From the NCBI GenBank assembly GCA_024639965.1, contig JAHEGC010000011.1, forward strand, positions 12,263-76,262: a stretch of DNA of 64,000 nucleotides. Reading direction: 5' to 3'. How positions within the stretch are numbered: the stretch's first letter is position 1; each line of letters begins with the position of its first letter. Shown here piece by piece: positions 37,417 through 46,426 of the stretch. Under the pieces are notes generated by a model. That model saw nothing but the letters and a program-made list of their open reading frames with translations, was not told where the DNA came from and searched no databases. Position numbers and translations under genes: made by a program. This DNA is from Micrococcales bacterium. GTDB lineage: Bacteria > Actinomycetota > Actinomycetes > Actinomycetales > Microbacteriaceae.

Positions 37417-39486
37417 TTATCGAATCGCCGCACTCGAAACACCCGCGAAATGGATGTCGCTGACGTGAAGAGTGTTGGTTACGGGCGCACCGGCATCGTC
37501 GGAGAGCACAAACTCGATGACGACGCTCGACGTTGACGAACGCGAGATAACGCTGGCCGGGAAGGTGACGACGAAATCGGTCACCATGTCGGCGTCGATC
37601 ACGTCTGTGACCACGGTCTCCCCATTGACCGTGGCAGACACGACGACCGATTCCGCTGAACCACTGCTGACACGGACCTCGAACGTTGCCGAACGCGCGG
37701 GCTCGCCCGAGTCGACCGTGTCACTCCACGCGATTGCGGCGGGTGAACCGGCGGCGGTTGAGACGCCGTCCTCGTTGGCAAGTTGCCAACCCCAATGAAC
37801 GAGTTTGCGCCACCAGCTGGTCGAGCGCGGAGATGAAACGGCATCGGCCGATTCGAGTGGTTCGCCAGTGACGGGGCAATCGAACACATAAATGAGGTCG
37901 AGTGAACTCCAGAGATAGGGTCGCGACACCGAATGAACCTTGTCGCAGTGGCTCCAGTGTTTGGTCGTCGGACCGCGCGACAGGGAGATGCCATGATCGA
38001 ACGGCATCACGGTTCCACCAGTGGGGGCCACGAGATACCGGTCGGGGTAATCCTTGACGTTGCAGTTCTCGCAGTGTTCGCGTTCACTCGCGCTGAGCTG
38101 ACCGTAGGCTTCCCCCTCGACGAGCTCCCATCGATCGACCTCCCAGCGCCCCTCGATACCGCGCGAAAAGGTCGTCGGGTTGAAGTAATTCATCTGGTAC
38201 GGGAAGAGTTGAATCTGGATGACCGTGGTCACGGCGGTCGACGCGACGACGAGACCGACGATGGCGGGCCACACAAAACGGAAGCGACGCACGTTCCACG
38301 CGGAGACGAGGAGGAACAGGAACAGCGTCACCAGCATCGCCGTCGCGGGGATCACGAAAAGGAACTGCCGCAGCCCCGACGTGATTTTCGCACGAAGGAG
38401 AATGGCGGCGAGGGGGAATGCTGCGAATTGCAGGAAGATGAACACGATCGCCGGAAGGGCAAAGTCGAGTTTGTGCGGCGCCGATGAGAAAACACGCTTG
38501 AGGACGAGCCACACGCTTACCGCGGCCGCCGCAATGGCGAGAATGAGGATCACTTCGGGGAGCTGCGCCGCCGCCCACTTGGGGAGGAAATCCCACGACG
38601 GCGGTGCCGTCGGCCATTCGCCGTCCGTGATGCTGCCGCGACGGGTGGCGAAATCGGAGGTGTCGGCGAAGCTCTTGTAGAGAAGCCGGACGGGGTCGAG
38701 GAACACGACCGGGTAAACGATCATCATCGTGGCGTAGGCAGCGAGGAATGCGCTCACGGGCATCACCATCACCCGAGCGGTCGTCTTCCACTCGGTGAAG
38801 TTCGCGAGTCGCGCGTGAATGAGTGCAATCGCCATGAACGCAATCGCAATCGCGGGCCAGAGGCCGGGGCGAACGCCCAACATCACCAGCGAGCCGCCGT
38901 ACAGCGCAAACCACCCACCGAGTCGCGTTCGCTCACCTCGGTGGTCGGCGGGAAGCGTGAGCGCGATGCAGCCGGCGGTGAAGAGCGTGAATCCGGTGGC
39001 GGCGGGCATGTCCTTGATGTTGAACATCGAGAACCCGGTCCACATCGGAATCGACACGAGCATCGCACTCGCGGCCAAACCCCAGGTGCGCGAACGAGTC
39101 ACGATTGAGATTGCCCAGCCGGCAGCGAAGACGCCGATAAAAGAGAAGAGCGCGACGGCGATGTGTCGGGCGACGAACGCGGTGTCCGTTGTTGCGACCG
39201 TGCCCCAGGTTTCAGCTCCCATCGCGACCGCGATCGCGTGTCCGACGAGAGAGAAGATGGGGCCGTAGACGTAGACAAATCCGGCGACGTTGACGGGGGC
39301 GCCGCTGTCGTCCACGGTGACGATGCGGGAATAGAGGCCGTGATCGAGGTAGTTCTGGAGCTTGTCAATGTGCACGTACTCGTCGAGATAGTGGCTCTGA
39401 AGCCCGACGCCCGAGAGGGACATCGCAAACATCGCGAGGATGTAGGCGAGAAGCACCCACGGAATAAATTTGGCCAGTCGAGTCAT
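37417..39486 (-). CDS. GT-C fold glycosyltransferase, paralogue 2, with an extra C-terminal domain of about 146 aa
   Basis: Roughly 60% identical by eye to paralogue 1 across the TM core (YLDEYVHIDK, FNIKDMPAATGFTLFTAGCIALTLPA). Start is ATG 39486, or alternatively 39513. Confidence 0.7.
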   Translation of the reverse strand: MTRLAKFIPWVLLAYILAMFAMSLSGVGLQSHYLDEYVHIDKLQNYLDHGLYSRIVTVDDSGAPVNVAGFVYVYGPIFSLVGHAIAVAMGAETWGTVATTDTAFVARHIAVALFSFIGVFAAGWAISIVTRSRTWGLAASAMLVSIPMWTGFSMFNIKDMPAATGFTLFTAGCIALTLPADHRGERTRLGGWFALYGGSLVMLGVRPGLWPAIAIAFMAIALIHARLANFTEWKTTARVMVMPVSAFLAAYATMMIVYPVVFLDPVRLLYKSFADTSDFATRRGSITDGEWPTAPPSWDFLPKWAAAQLPEVILILAIAAAAVSVWLVLKRVFSSAPHKLDFALPAIVFIFLQFAAFPLAAILLRAKITSGLRQFLFVIPATAMLVTLFLFLLVSAWNVRRFRFVWPAIVGLVVASTAVTTVIQIQLFPYQMNYFNPTTFSRGIEGRWEVDRWELVEGEAYGQLSASEREHCENCNVKDYPDRYLVAPTGGTVMPFDHGISLSRGPTTKHWSHCDKVHSVSRPYLWSSLDLIYVFDCPVTGEPLESADAVSSPRSTSWWRKLVHWGWQLANEDGVSTAAGSPAAIAWSDTVDSGEPARSATFEVRVSSGSAESVVVSATVNGETVVTDVIDADMVTDFVVTFPASVISRSSTSSVVIEFVLSDDAGAPVTNTLHVSDIHFAGVSSAAIR

Positions 39487-39550
39487 CGGATCGCTCTTTC
39501 GGGTTGCGGGCATCGAACGAACGGGATGCAACTCATCGTGCCGTGAAACG

Positions 39551-40525
39551 TCACTTGATGGGTCGCGTGCGAACCTCAACCGAACGGTTGCGCTGGAACA
39601 CCTGGAGTTCGGCGAGAAGGCCGAAGACGAGAAGTTGAATGCCGACCACGGTGAGGAGAACTCCGATGGTCAGAATCGGTCGATTGCCGATCGTTTCGTC
39701 GAGGAAGATGCGGAGAATCGACACGTAGACGAGTATTCCGACTCCGCCGAGGAGCGAAAGAACACCGAACGCACCAATGAGATGCGAGGGGCGGCTCTCG
39801 TAGGCAAGAAGAAAGCGAATCGTGACGAGGTCGATGAAACCGCGCCAAAAGCGCGCGAGACCGTACTTGCTCTTGCCGAGAAGGCGCTTGCGGTGGGTGA
39901 CGTGCACCTCGGTGATGCGGTAGCCGAACCACGACGCGATGACGGTGAGGTAACGGTGCATCTCGCCGTACATCATCGAACCGACGGCCTGCGCAACGGA
40001 AAGGCGCATTACCTTGAATCCAGAGTTGAAATCTTTGCCCTTGACACCCGAGATGGCCGAGGTCGTGGCGTTGTAGAGCTTCGACGTCGTGCGCTTGATG
40101 AAACGGTCGTTGCGGGTGTACCGCGCACCGGTCACGAGGTCATAACCCGAGTCGAGCGTGGCGATGAGCGCCTCGAGCTCGGCGGGGTCGTCTTGCCCGT
40201 CCGCGTCCATCATGATGACGATCTGCCCACCGCGCTCCTCCGCGAGAGCGAAACCGCGCTTGAGGGCGGCCGCCTTGCCCAGGTTGCGGGGCATCGATTC
40301 GCCGATGATTTGGGGGTGCTTCTTCGCGAGTTGGGCGATCGCATCGACGGTGCCATCGGTCGAACCGTCGTCGATGATGATGATTTGGAACTTCGAGTCG
40401 ATTTTCGAGATGTACGAGATGATCTCGGGGACGACGTGGCCGAGGTTTTCCGCCTCGTTATAGGCAGGAATGACGATGACGCAATGACGAGGCTTAGCCA
40501 AAGTAGAATCCAATCTAAGAATCAC
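39551..40525 (-). CDS. Polyprenyl-phosphate glycosyltransferase (GT2; GtrB/ArnC/Dpm1-like)
   Basis: Motifs VIVIPAYNE, IIIDDGSTDGT and DADGQDD (DXD), plus two C-terminal TM helices. The start may be TTG 40501 rather than GTG 40525, because the first 8 codons are AT-rich. Confidence 0.85.
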   Translation of the reverse strand: MILRLDSTLAKPRHCVIVIPAYNEAENLGHVVPEIISYISKIDSKFQIIIIDDGSTDGTVDAIAQLAKKHPQIIGESMPRNLGKAAALKRGFALAEERGGQIVIMMDADGQDDPAELEALIATLDSGYDLVTGARYTRNDRFIKRTTSKLYNATTSAISGVKGKDFNSGFKVMRLSVAQAVGSMMYGEMHRYLTVIASWFGYRITEVHVTHRKRLLGKSKYGLARFWRGFIDLVTIRFLLAYESRPSHLIGAFGVLSLLGGVGILVYVSILRIFLDETIGNRPILTIGVLLTVVGIQLLVFGLLAELQVFQRNRSVEVRTRPIK

Positions 40526-40743
40526 GCCGTGGCATCACGACGTGCCAAATATAGCACTTGGGCGTTGTGCCGGCGGGGATGTCTCGTCGCCATATCGGGC
40601 ACTGGTGCGGGAATTGACGAAAGTTGAGCACGGTCATGGTGTCTCTCAGTGCGCTCGCGTGGCGATCGGGAATTTGGGCTCCCGCCTACCGTCTCGGGGC
40701 GCCGTGGCGTATTCCCGGCCGCTCGAACGACGGCATCCTTCCG

Positions 40744-41472
40744 ATGTTCTCGATCTCTGGTTGCGGGCACGGCGGCACCACCCTTCTCGCGACGATTCTC
40801 GGCGCACACCCCAGCACCCACCTTTTCGACCGTGAGACGAAGTGGTTCCTCGGGCTCGGGCCACTCGCGGTTCTGCGAGAGAACAAGGCGCGAGCAGCGA
40901 TGGCAGCAAAGAATTTCTCGGATGAGACACGCGTCATCATCGAGAAGACTCCCCGCCACGTCTTCCGTATTCCGTACATTCGCCGCATCATGCCCGGCAC
41001 GCGATTTGTCGTAATGGTGCGCGACCCGCGTGACCTCGTCGCCTCGATCGCGAAGCGCATCTCCGATTGGCGTGGTGCCATGGTGCGCGTGCGCCTTGAT
41101 TTCCTTGCCATCAACCGCGTGAAGAACGACAAGGATGTGCTCGTCATCCGCTACGAAGATTTGGTGCGCAACTTCGAGCCAACGATGAGCAAAATCTCGG
41201 AGCACCTCGGCATCGAGTTCGACCAGCGGATGGCGAACCACACCGAGTTCGCCCCGACCTGGTTCAACGCGGACACGGTCGAAGAGACGGATGGCGCGGG
41301 CAAGAAGGCGCACGTTTCCCGCCGAGCCTGGCAGGTTCAGCAACCGTTGTACGACGGGAGTGGACGTTACCGCACCGATCTCACACCGGAACAGATTCGC
41401 GAAGTCGAAGACGCGTTCAGCCCGCTGGTCGCCGACTTCTACCCCGAAGTAGTTCGGCACGAACCCGTCTAA
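40744..41472 (+). CDS. Sulfotransferase family protein (atypical 5'-PSB loop)
   Basis: ATG 40744 (MFSISGCGHGGTTLLATIL). 3'-PB is VRDPRDLVAS (R-x7-S). The antisense 312-aa ORF is rejected. Confidence 0.75.
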   Translation: MFSISGCGHGGTTLLATILGAHPSTHLFDRETKWFLGLGPLAVLRENKARAAMAAKNFSDETRVIIEKTPRHVFRIPYIRRIMPGTRFVVMVRDPRDLVASIAKRISDWRGAMVRVRLDFLAINRVKNDKDVLVIRYEDLVRNFEPTMSKISEHLGIEFDQRMANHTEFAPTWFNADTVEETDGAGKKAHVSRRAWQVQQPLYDGSGRYRTDLTPEQIREVEDAFSPLVADFYPEVVRHEPV

Positions 41473-42419
41473 GGTCGGCGGCGCAACCGCAGACGCATCG
41501 CCCCGTAGAGGGCGGCGACGATTCCGTCGGCAAAGGTGGAATACAGTCGCACGACGATTGAAATCGTGATTGCGTCGACCACGCTGACCCCGAGAGCCGA
41601 CACGATGGCGACGAACGCCGCCTCACGAACACCGATTCCGCTCGGCACGAAAACTGCCCAAACGCCGATGGCGCTCGCGATTGTGTAGGCGGCCGCGATG
41701 GTCACGAGATCCCAGAACGTCGTTCCCGCGGGCAGAATCGACACCGCGAGGAATCCCACGCCAACCCCGTTGACGACGCGCGGCAGGGTGTAGCCACCGA
41801 CAAGGCGCGCGATGGCGACGAGGGACATGTGGGGGAGCGACCGAACGTCGTCCATCTTCCGCATTTTTGCGATCTTTGTGACGACGGGGTTGACCAGATA
41901 TCGAATCGCGACGAGACCCGCTACGGCGGCGAGCACAAGAAGCCCGCCATAGACGACGAGCGATTCGTTGGTGATGAGTTCGGCACGGGCGATGACAATC
42001 GCGACGATGGCACCGAGAATCGAACCGGTCTGCATGAGCGCAAACTCGTAGAAGAAGGCGAGGAATCCCACGGAGGTGCGCACGCCCTCCTTGGACGCCC
42101 AGTTCACCTTGAACAGGGGCTGCGCGACGCTGGGGATGTAACGCACCACCCACGAGCCGAGGTGCGCCGCCGTCGCCGACCACCAACCGATGTGGCGCTC
42201 GCCGAGGGCGCGGAGCACGAGCTGCCACAGCCAACCGGACACCACGACCGATCCCGCGAAGAAGAACAGCGACGACACTTCGGCTGGGCCGACCCGAAGG
42301 TCGTAGCCCTGCACGCGTTCCCAGTTGGAGGCGAGGGTCGACGCGAAGAAGTAGCCGACGGCACCAACGAGAGCGACCATCAACGTCAGGCGTAGAGCCT
42401 TGCGGAGCGTGGGGGACAT
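41469..42419 (-). CDS. Flippase-like membrane protein (UPF0104 / lysyl-PG-synthase TM-region family)
   Basis: 316 aa, about 8 TM, basic C-terminus. This family commonly accompanies GT2 polyprenyl-phosphate glycosyltransferases. Confidence 0.6.
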   Translation of the reverse strand: MSPTLRKALRLTLMVALVGAVGYFFASTLASNWERVQGYDLRVGPAEVSSLFFFAGSVVVSGWLWQLVLRALGERHIGWWSATAAHLGSWVVRYIPSVAQPLFKVNWASKEGVRTSVGFLAFFYEFALMQTGSILGAIVAIVIARAELITNESLVVYGGLLVLAAVAGLVAIRYLVNPVVTKIAKMRKMDDVRSLPHMSLVAIARLVGGYTLPRVVNGVGVGFLAVSILPAGTTFWDLVTIAAAYTIASAIGVWAVFVPSGIGVREAAFVAIVSALGVSVVDAITISIVVRLYSTFADGIVAALYGAMRLRLRRRP

Positions 42420-42515
42420 GTCGAAGCCTCGATTTCGGGAGTGGGGCGCAACGACCCCGACCGATTCAGAATACCGAGAAGCGAACGTCGGACCCGTGGC
42501 GCGAAAGAGCGAGTG

Positions 42516-42839
42516 TCAGAGGAAGGGTCGCAATTCGACACGGCGGTTGCACGCGCGCGAACCCGCTTCGGCGAGCCCCCGAGCTTCATCGGCCGATTCG
42601 ACGTCGATGATCCAGAATCCGCTGTAGAAATCAGGTCCGTCGAACAGTGAACCGGCTCTCGAATCATCGTGTCCGTCGCGATTATCGATCAACGTTGCGG
42701 TGGACGGTGCGCCAATTCCGGCCGCCATCACCCACTGCCCATCGCGCTGAAGCCGATCATTGAAAGCATCGATCGCTGAGATTTCCGCGCCGGTACCGGA
42801 GTTCGAGATGGAATCGATGACGTAGATGACGTAGCGCAT
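42516..42839 (-). CDS. YciI-family protein
   Basis: 107 aa with a YCII-related pattern (MRYVIYV..., GPDFYSGFWIIDVES..EA). Confidence 0.7.
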   Translation of the reverse strand: MRYVIYVIDSISNSGTGAEISAIDAFNDRLQRDGQWVMAAGIGAPSTATLIDNRDGHDDSRAGSLFDGPDFYSGFWIIDVESADEARGLAEAGSRACNRRVELRPFL

Positions 42840-42849
42840 CGGTGGAAAT

Positions 42850-43017
42850 CTATTGCTCGTCGTTGGATTCGGGCACTTCGCCGCGCAGCTCGTCGACCTG
42901 GCGTTCGAACATCTTCGCGAGCTGATCCATCGCCTCGTATTCGGGTGAGCCGGGGCCGGGCATTGCGGTGCGCTGGTATTCGGGCTTGTCGCCGTCGGGC
43001 TGGTCGGTGTCGCTCAT
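42850..43017 (-). CDS. Small acidic hypothetical protein (55 aa)
   Basis: ATG 43017 is preceded by GGGAG that overlaps the upstream stop. No recognisable family. Confidence 0.4.
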   Translation of the reverse strand: MSDTDQPDGDKPEYQRTAMPGPGSPEYEAMDQLAKMFERQVDELRGEVPESNDEQ

Positions 43018-43027
43018 GCTCTGCTCC

Positions 43028-44086
43028 CTAGATGGTCGAGTTGTCGATGACAAAACGGAATTTCACGTCGCCGGCAACGACGCGGTCGAACGCGGCGTTG
43101 ATGCCGTCCGCGTCGATGAGTTCGATGTCACTGACGATGTTGTGCTCGGCGCAGAAATCGAGCATCTCCTGGGTCTCACGCAGTGAACCGATCTGCGACC
43201 CCGCGATGGAACGGTGGCGGCGCATGAGGTTGTACGACGCGAACGGTTCGGTCATCATTCCGACGGCTCCGACGATGACGTAGCTGCCGTTGATGCCGAG
43301 AAGGTTGAGGTACGGGTTCATGTCGTGATCACCGGGGAGTGTTGACACGATGAGGTCGAAGCGCTCGGCGGCCGCCTTCATCGCCTCGGCGTTGGTCGAC
43401 ACGATCACCTCGTCCGCGCCGAGTTCCTTACACATCGCGACCTTCTCGGGGCTCGTCGTGAACGCGACGGTGTGGGCGCCAAGTGCCTTGGCAAATTTCA
43501 CCCCCATGTGTCCGAGACCGCCGATTCCGACGATTCCGACGGTCTTTCCGGGGCCGGCCCCCCAGTTCTTGAGAGGCGAATAGAGTGTGATTCCCGCGCA
43601 GAGAAGCGGCGCGGCGGCGGCCTTGTCGAGTGCATCGGGAACGCGCACCACCATCGACTGGGTCACGACAATTTCCTGAGAATACCCACCCTGCGTCGTC
43701 CAGCCCGGGGTGAAGGGGTCCGGCTCCGAGTACGTGAGAATCGGGTGGCCGGGCGCCTGGCAGAAGTGGTCGTCGCCGCTGCGGCAGTTGGTGCACTCGC
43801 CGCACGACTTGATGAGGCAGCCGACTCCGACGGTGTCGCCGACTGAATACTTCGCCACGTTCGCTCCGACCTCAACCACAGTTCCGACGATTTCGTGACC
43901 GACGACGAGTGGGTAGGGAACCCCGCCCCAGTCGCCGCGGACGGTGTGAATGTCGGAGTGGCAGACGCCACAGAATTCGATGGCAATGCGGACGTCGTCG
44001 GGCAGCACGTTGCGACGCTCGATCGTCATCCTCTCGAGCGGAGCGTTCTCGGCGGGAGCGCCAACGGCGCGAACCTCGTGGGTCAT
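43028..44086 (-). CDS. Zn-dependent NAD(P) alcohol dehydrogenase (cinnamyl-alcohol/YahK-like)
   Basis: Motifs GVCHSDIH, GHEIVG and GIGGLGHMG. ATG 44086 follows GAGAGGA. Confidence 0.85.
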   Translation of the reverse strand: MTHEVRAVGAPAENAPLERMTIERRNVLPDDVRIAIEFCGVCHSDIHTVRGDWGGVPYPLVVGHEIVGTVVEVGANVAKYSVGDTVGVGCLIKSCGECTNCRSGDDHFCQAPGHPILTYSEPDPFTPGWTTQGGYSQEIVVTQSMVVRVPDALDKAAAAPLLCAGITLYSPLKNWGAGPGKTVGIVGIGGLGHMGVKFAKALGAHTVAFTTSPEKVAMCKELGADEVIVSTNAEAMKAAAERFDLIVSTLPGDHDMNPYLNLLGINGSYVIVGAVGMMTEPFASYNLMRRHRSIAGSQIGSLRETQEMLDFCAEHNIVSDIELIDADGINAAFDRVVAGDVKFRFVIDNSTI

Positions 44087-44128
44087 GCGATTCCTCTCAT
44101 CAACGGCGGGCACGGGATTGCCACGACG

Positions 44129-45349
44129 TCACTCCGGCTCGAAGTTCAAGCCCACCTTATTGCGGTACGACATGACCTTCTGGCGCATGCCGATTCCGCA
44201 GACGCCGACCATCTTTCCGTCACGGTAGTAGCCGTAGAGGCAGTCCCCACCAACCTCGCCCTCGAGGAGACGAACGTCCTCGCCCTGGTCGAGCAGACCG
44301 TAGGCGAGAAGGGACACCTCGAACTGGTCGCTCCAGAACGACGGGATGGGGGTGAACTCTTTCGCCATTTCGGCGGCGTGGGCCTCGGCATCGTCGCCGT
44401 GTTCGAGCGCGATCTGGCGGCCGACCTTGCGGGCCATCTCGGTGGGGATGTTCCAGTGTTCTACGCGCCGGGTTTTCGGGTCGAACTGGGGGATGGGGAA
44501 CCGCGCGACGTCCCCGATTGCGTAAACGTTCGCCCACGGTTCGCCGTTGGCGTGCAGCGCGTGCAGCGTGTCGTTGACGTGAATTCCCGATTCGATGTCG
44601 ATGTCGTTACCCTCGAGGAACTCGACGTTGGGGAGTGACCCGACCGCTTCGATGAGGACGTCACACTCGAGGGTCTGCCCATTGTCGAGCTCAACACCCG
44701 TGAGGTGGTCGTCACCGAGGATTCGCACGATGCGGGTGTTGTTGAGGAACGTCACTCCGTGCGCTTCGTGACGGCGCTGGATGTCTTCGGCGAGTTGGCG
44801 GCCGAGCGGACGCAGCATGGGCACCTCGCCTTTGCCGACGACGGTGACGGTCGCACCGAGCTTCGTCGCGGTGGCGGCCGTTTCGCATCCGATGAAGCCC
44901 GCGCCGTAGACAACCACTCGCGCGCCGGGATTCAGTTCCGCGCGCAACGCCATGGCGTCGTCGAGGGTGCGAATCGCGTGGACCCCCGTCGCGGGCCGCC
45001 CGAGTTCGTCGAGTCGACGCGGACGTAAACCCGTCGCGATGATGAGCGTGCCGTAATCGACAACCCGTCCGCTGGCGAGGGTGATGGTGTGGTGATCGAG
45101 ATTGGTGGCGACCACAGCGTCGCCGAGAATCCACTGAACGTCGTCGAGGATCTCGCCGAGGGGGAACGCCACAGCAGCGTGGTCGACGTGCTCCGCGAGC
45201 ACCTCCTTGGAGAGGGGCGGCCGGTTGTACGGGGCGTGCGGTTCGTCTCCGATGACGATCAGCTCACCGGCGTATCCGGTCTTCCGAAGCGTCTCCGCCG
45301 CGCGGAGTCCGCCCATCGACGCACCGACGATGACGACGGGATTGGTCAC
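44129..45349 (-). CDS. FAD-dependent ferredoxin-NAD(P)+ reductase (P450/oxygenase redox partner type)
   Basis: FAD motif VIVGASMGG, NAD motif VVVYGAGFIGCE, and GDV.. near the C-terminal FAD motif. Confidence 0.8.
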   Translation of the reverse strand: MTNPVVIVGASMGGLRAAETLRKTGYAGELIVIGDEPHAPYNRPPLSKEVLAEHVDHAAVAFPLGEILDDVQWILGDAVVATNLDHHTITLASGRVVDYGTLIIATGLRPRRLDELGRPATGVHAIRTLDDAMALRAELNPGARVVVYGAGFIGCETAATATKLGATVTVVGKGEVPMLRPLGRQLAEDIQRRHEAHGVTFLNNTRIVRILGDDHLTGVELDNGQTLECDVLIEAVGSLPNVEFLEGNDIDIESGIHVNDTLHALHANGEPWANVYAIGDVARFPIPQFDPKTRRVEHWNIPTEMARKVGRQIALEHGDDAEAHAAEMAKEFTPIPSFWSDQFEVSLLAYGLLDQGEDVRLLEGEVGGDCLYGYYRDGKMVGVCGIGMRQKVMSYRNKVGLNFEPE

Positions 45350-45356
45350 GACGGGA

Positions 45357-45551
45357 TTATTCGACGAACTTGATCGCCTGCATCGGACAGATGTCGATGG
45401 CGAGCTGGATGTTGTCGCGTTCGCTGTCGTCCGCGGTCGATTCGTATTCGAGCTTGTCGTCCTCGTTGAGGCGGAAGACAGTGGGGGCGTCGAATACGCA
45501 CTGACCGTAGTGCTGGCACTTCTCCATGTCGACGTGGATCTTGAGAGTCAT
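45357..45551 (-). CDS. Small Fe-S ferredoxin (actinobacterial P450-partner type, 64 aa)
   Basis: ATG 45551 follows AGGAGA. Cluster ligands are CQHYGQC...CP. TAATG overlap with the upstream FAH gene. Confidence 0.8.
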   Translation of the reverse strand: MTLKIHVDMEKCQHYGQCVFDAPTVFRLNEDDKLEYESTADDSERDNIQLAIDICPMQAIKFVE

Positions 45552-46426
45552 TATTTCTCCTCGATTGTTGATGGGTAAAGGTCCTTCGACGGAGTGCGAA
45601 TACCGCGGTACTCCCAATCTCCACCCAAGGCGGTTGACACGACCTCTTCGCTTTCCGTCGGCTGGGCGCCGACGTCGGTGCGAATCGGTGTGGGCCCTTC
45701 GACGATGTGGTTGGTGAGGCGGCCGAGTCCTTCGACCTCCACCTCCACGATGTCACCGGGCTGAACGGGTCGCGAGAACGCGGGCGTTCCCGAGAAGAGC
45801 AGGTCGCCGGGTACGAGCGTGATGGTGCGCGCGATGTCGGCCACGAGGTAATGCATGTCCCACTCCATGTTGTCGGTGTTGTCCTCCTGCTTGACCTCAC
45901 CGTTCACATACGTGCGAATCATCTTGTTGCGGAAATCCCAGTCGGTCACCACCCCGGGTCCGACGGGGGCGAGCGTGTCCGACCCCTTGACGCGCAGCAT
46001 CGAGCCGGCGTCGGTGTCGCGGAAGTCGTGCAGCCCGTAGTCGTTGCCCACCGTGTAGCCGGCGATGTATTCCCCCGCGTCCGCCGGTGAGATGTTGCGG
46101 CAGGTCTTGCCGATGACGATGACAATCTCACCCTCGTAGTTGAGCCACTTGCACCCCGCGGGGCGAACGACCGCCGCGTTGTGCGAGTTGAGCGCCGTGA
46201 TGGGTTTGTGGAAGTACGTCGGCGCATCCGGGAGTTTGGTCATGAACTCCTTGGTGCGGCTGTCGTAATTGAGGTGAACGGCGATGATTTTGGTCGGCTC
46301 CACCGGCGGCAGGTGATGAGCGTCGGAGATGGCGACGACACGACCGTCGGCGGCAACGAGGTTCTCCCCGTCGCGCTCGACCTGCGTCGGGTATCCGTCG
46401 AGAAGGATGCGGCGATACTCAGTCAC
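45551..46426 (-). CDS. Fumarylacetoacetate-hydrolase-family enzyme (HpaG/HpcE-like isomerase/decarboxylase)
   Basis: GTG 46426 overlaps the hpaD stop by 8 nt. FAH-domain sequence (NYEGEIVIVIGK, GTPAF..V.PGD). Confidence 0.7.
   Translation of the reverse strand: MTEYRRILLDGYPTQVERDGENLVAADGRVVAISDAHHLPPVEPTKIIAVHLNYDSRTKEFMTKLPDAPTYFHKPITALNSHNAAVVRPAGCKWLNYEGEIVIVIGKTCRNISPADAGEYIAGYTVGNDYGLHDFRDTDAGSMLRVKGSDTLAPVGPGVVTDWDFRNKMIRTYVNGEVKQEDNTDNMEWDMHYLVADIARTITLVPGDLLFSGTPAFSRPVQPGDIVEVEVEGLGRLTNHIVEGPTPIRTDVGAQPTESEEVVSTALGGDWEYRGIRTPSKDLYPSTIEEK

Noticed and set aside
40522-41460. 312-aa minus-strand ORF overlapping the sulfotransferase at 40744..41472
   Set aside because: It has no recognisable motifs and is Arg/Ala-rich. 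The plus-strand frame carries both PAPS-binding motifs.
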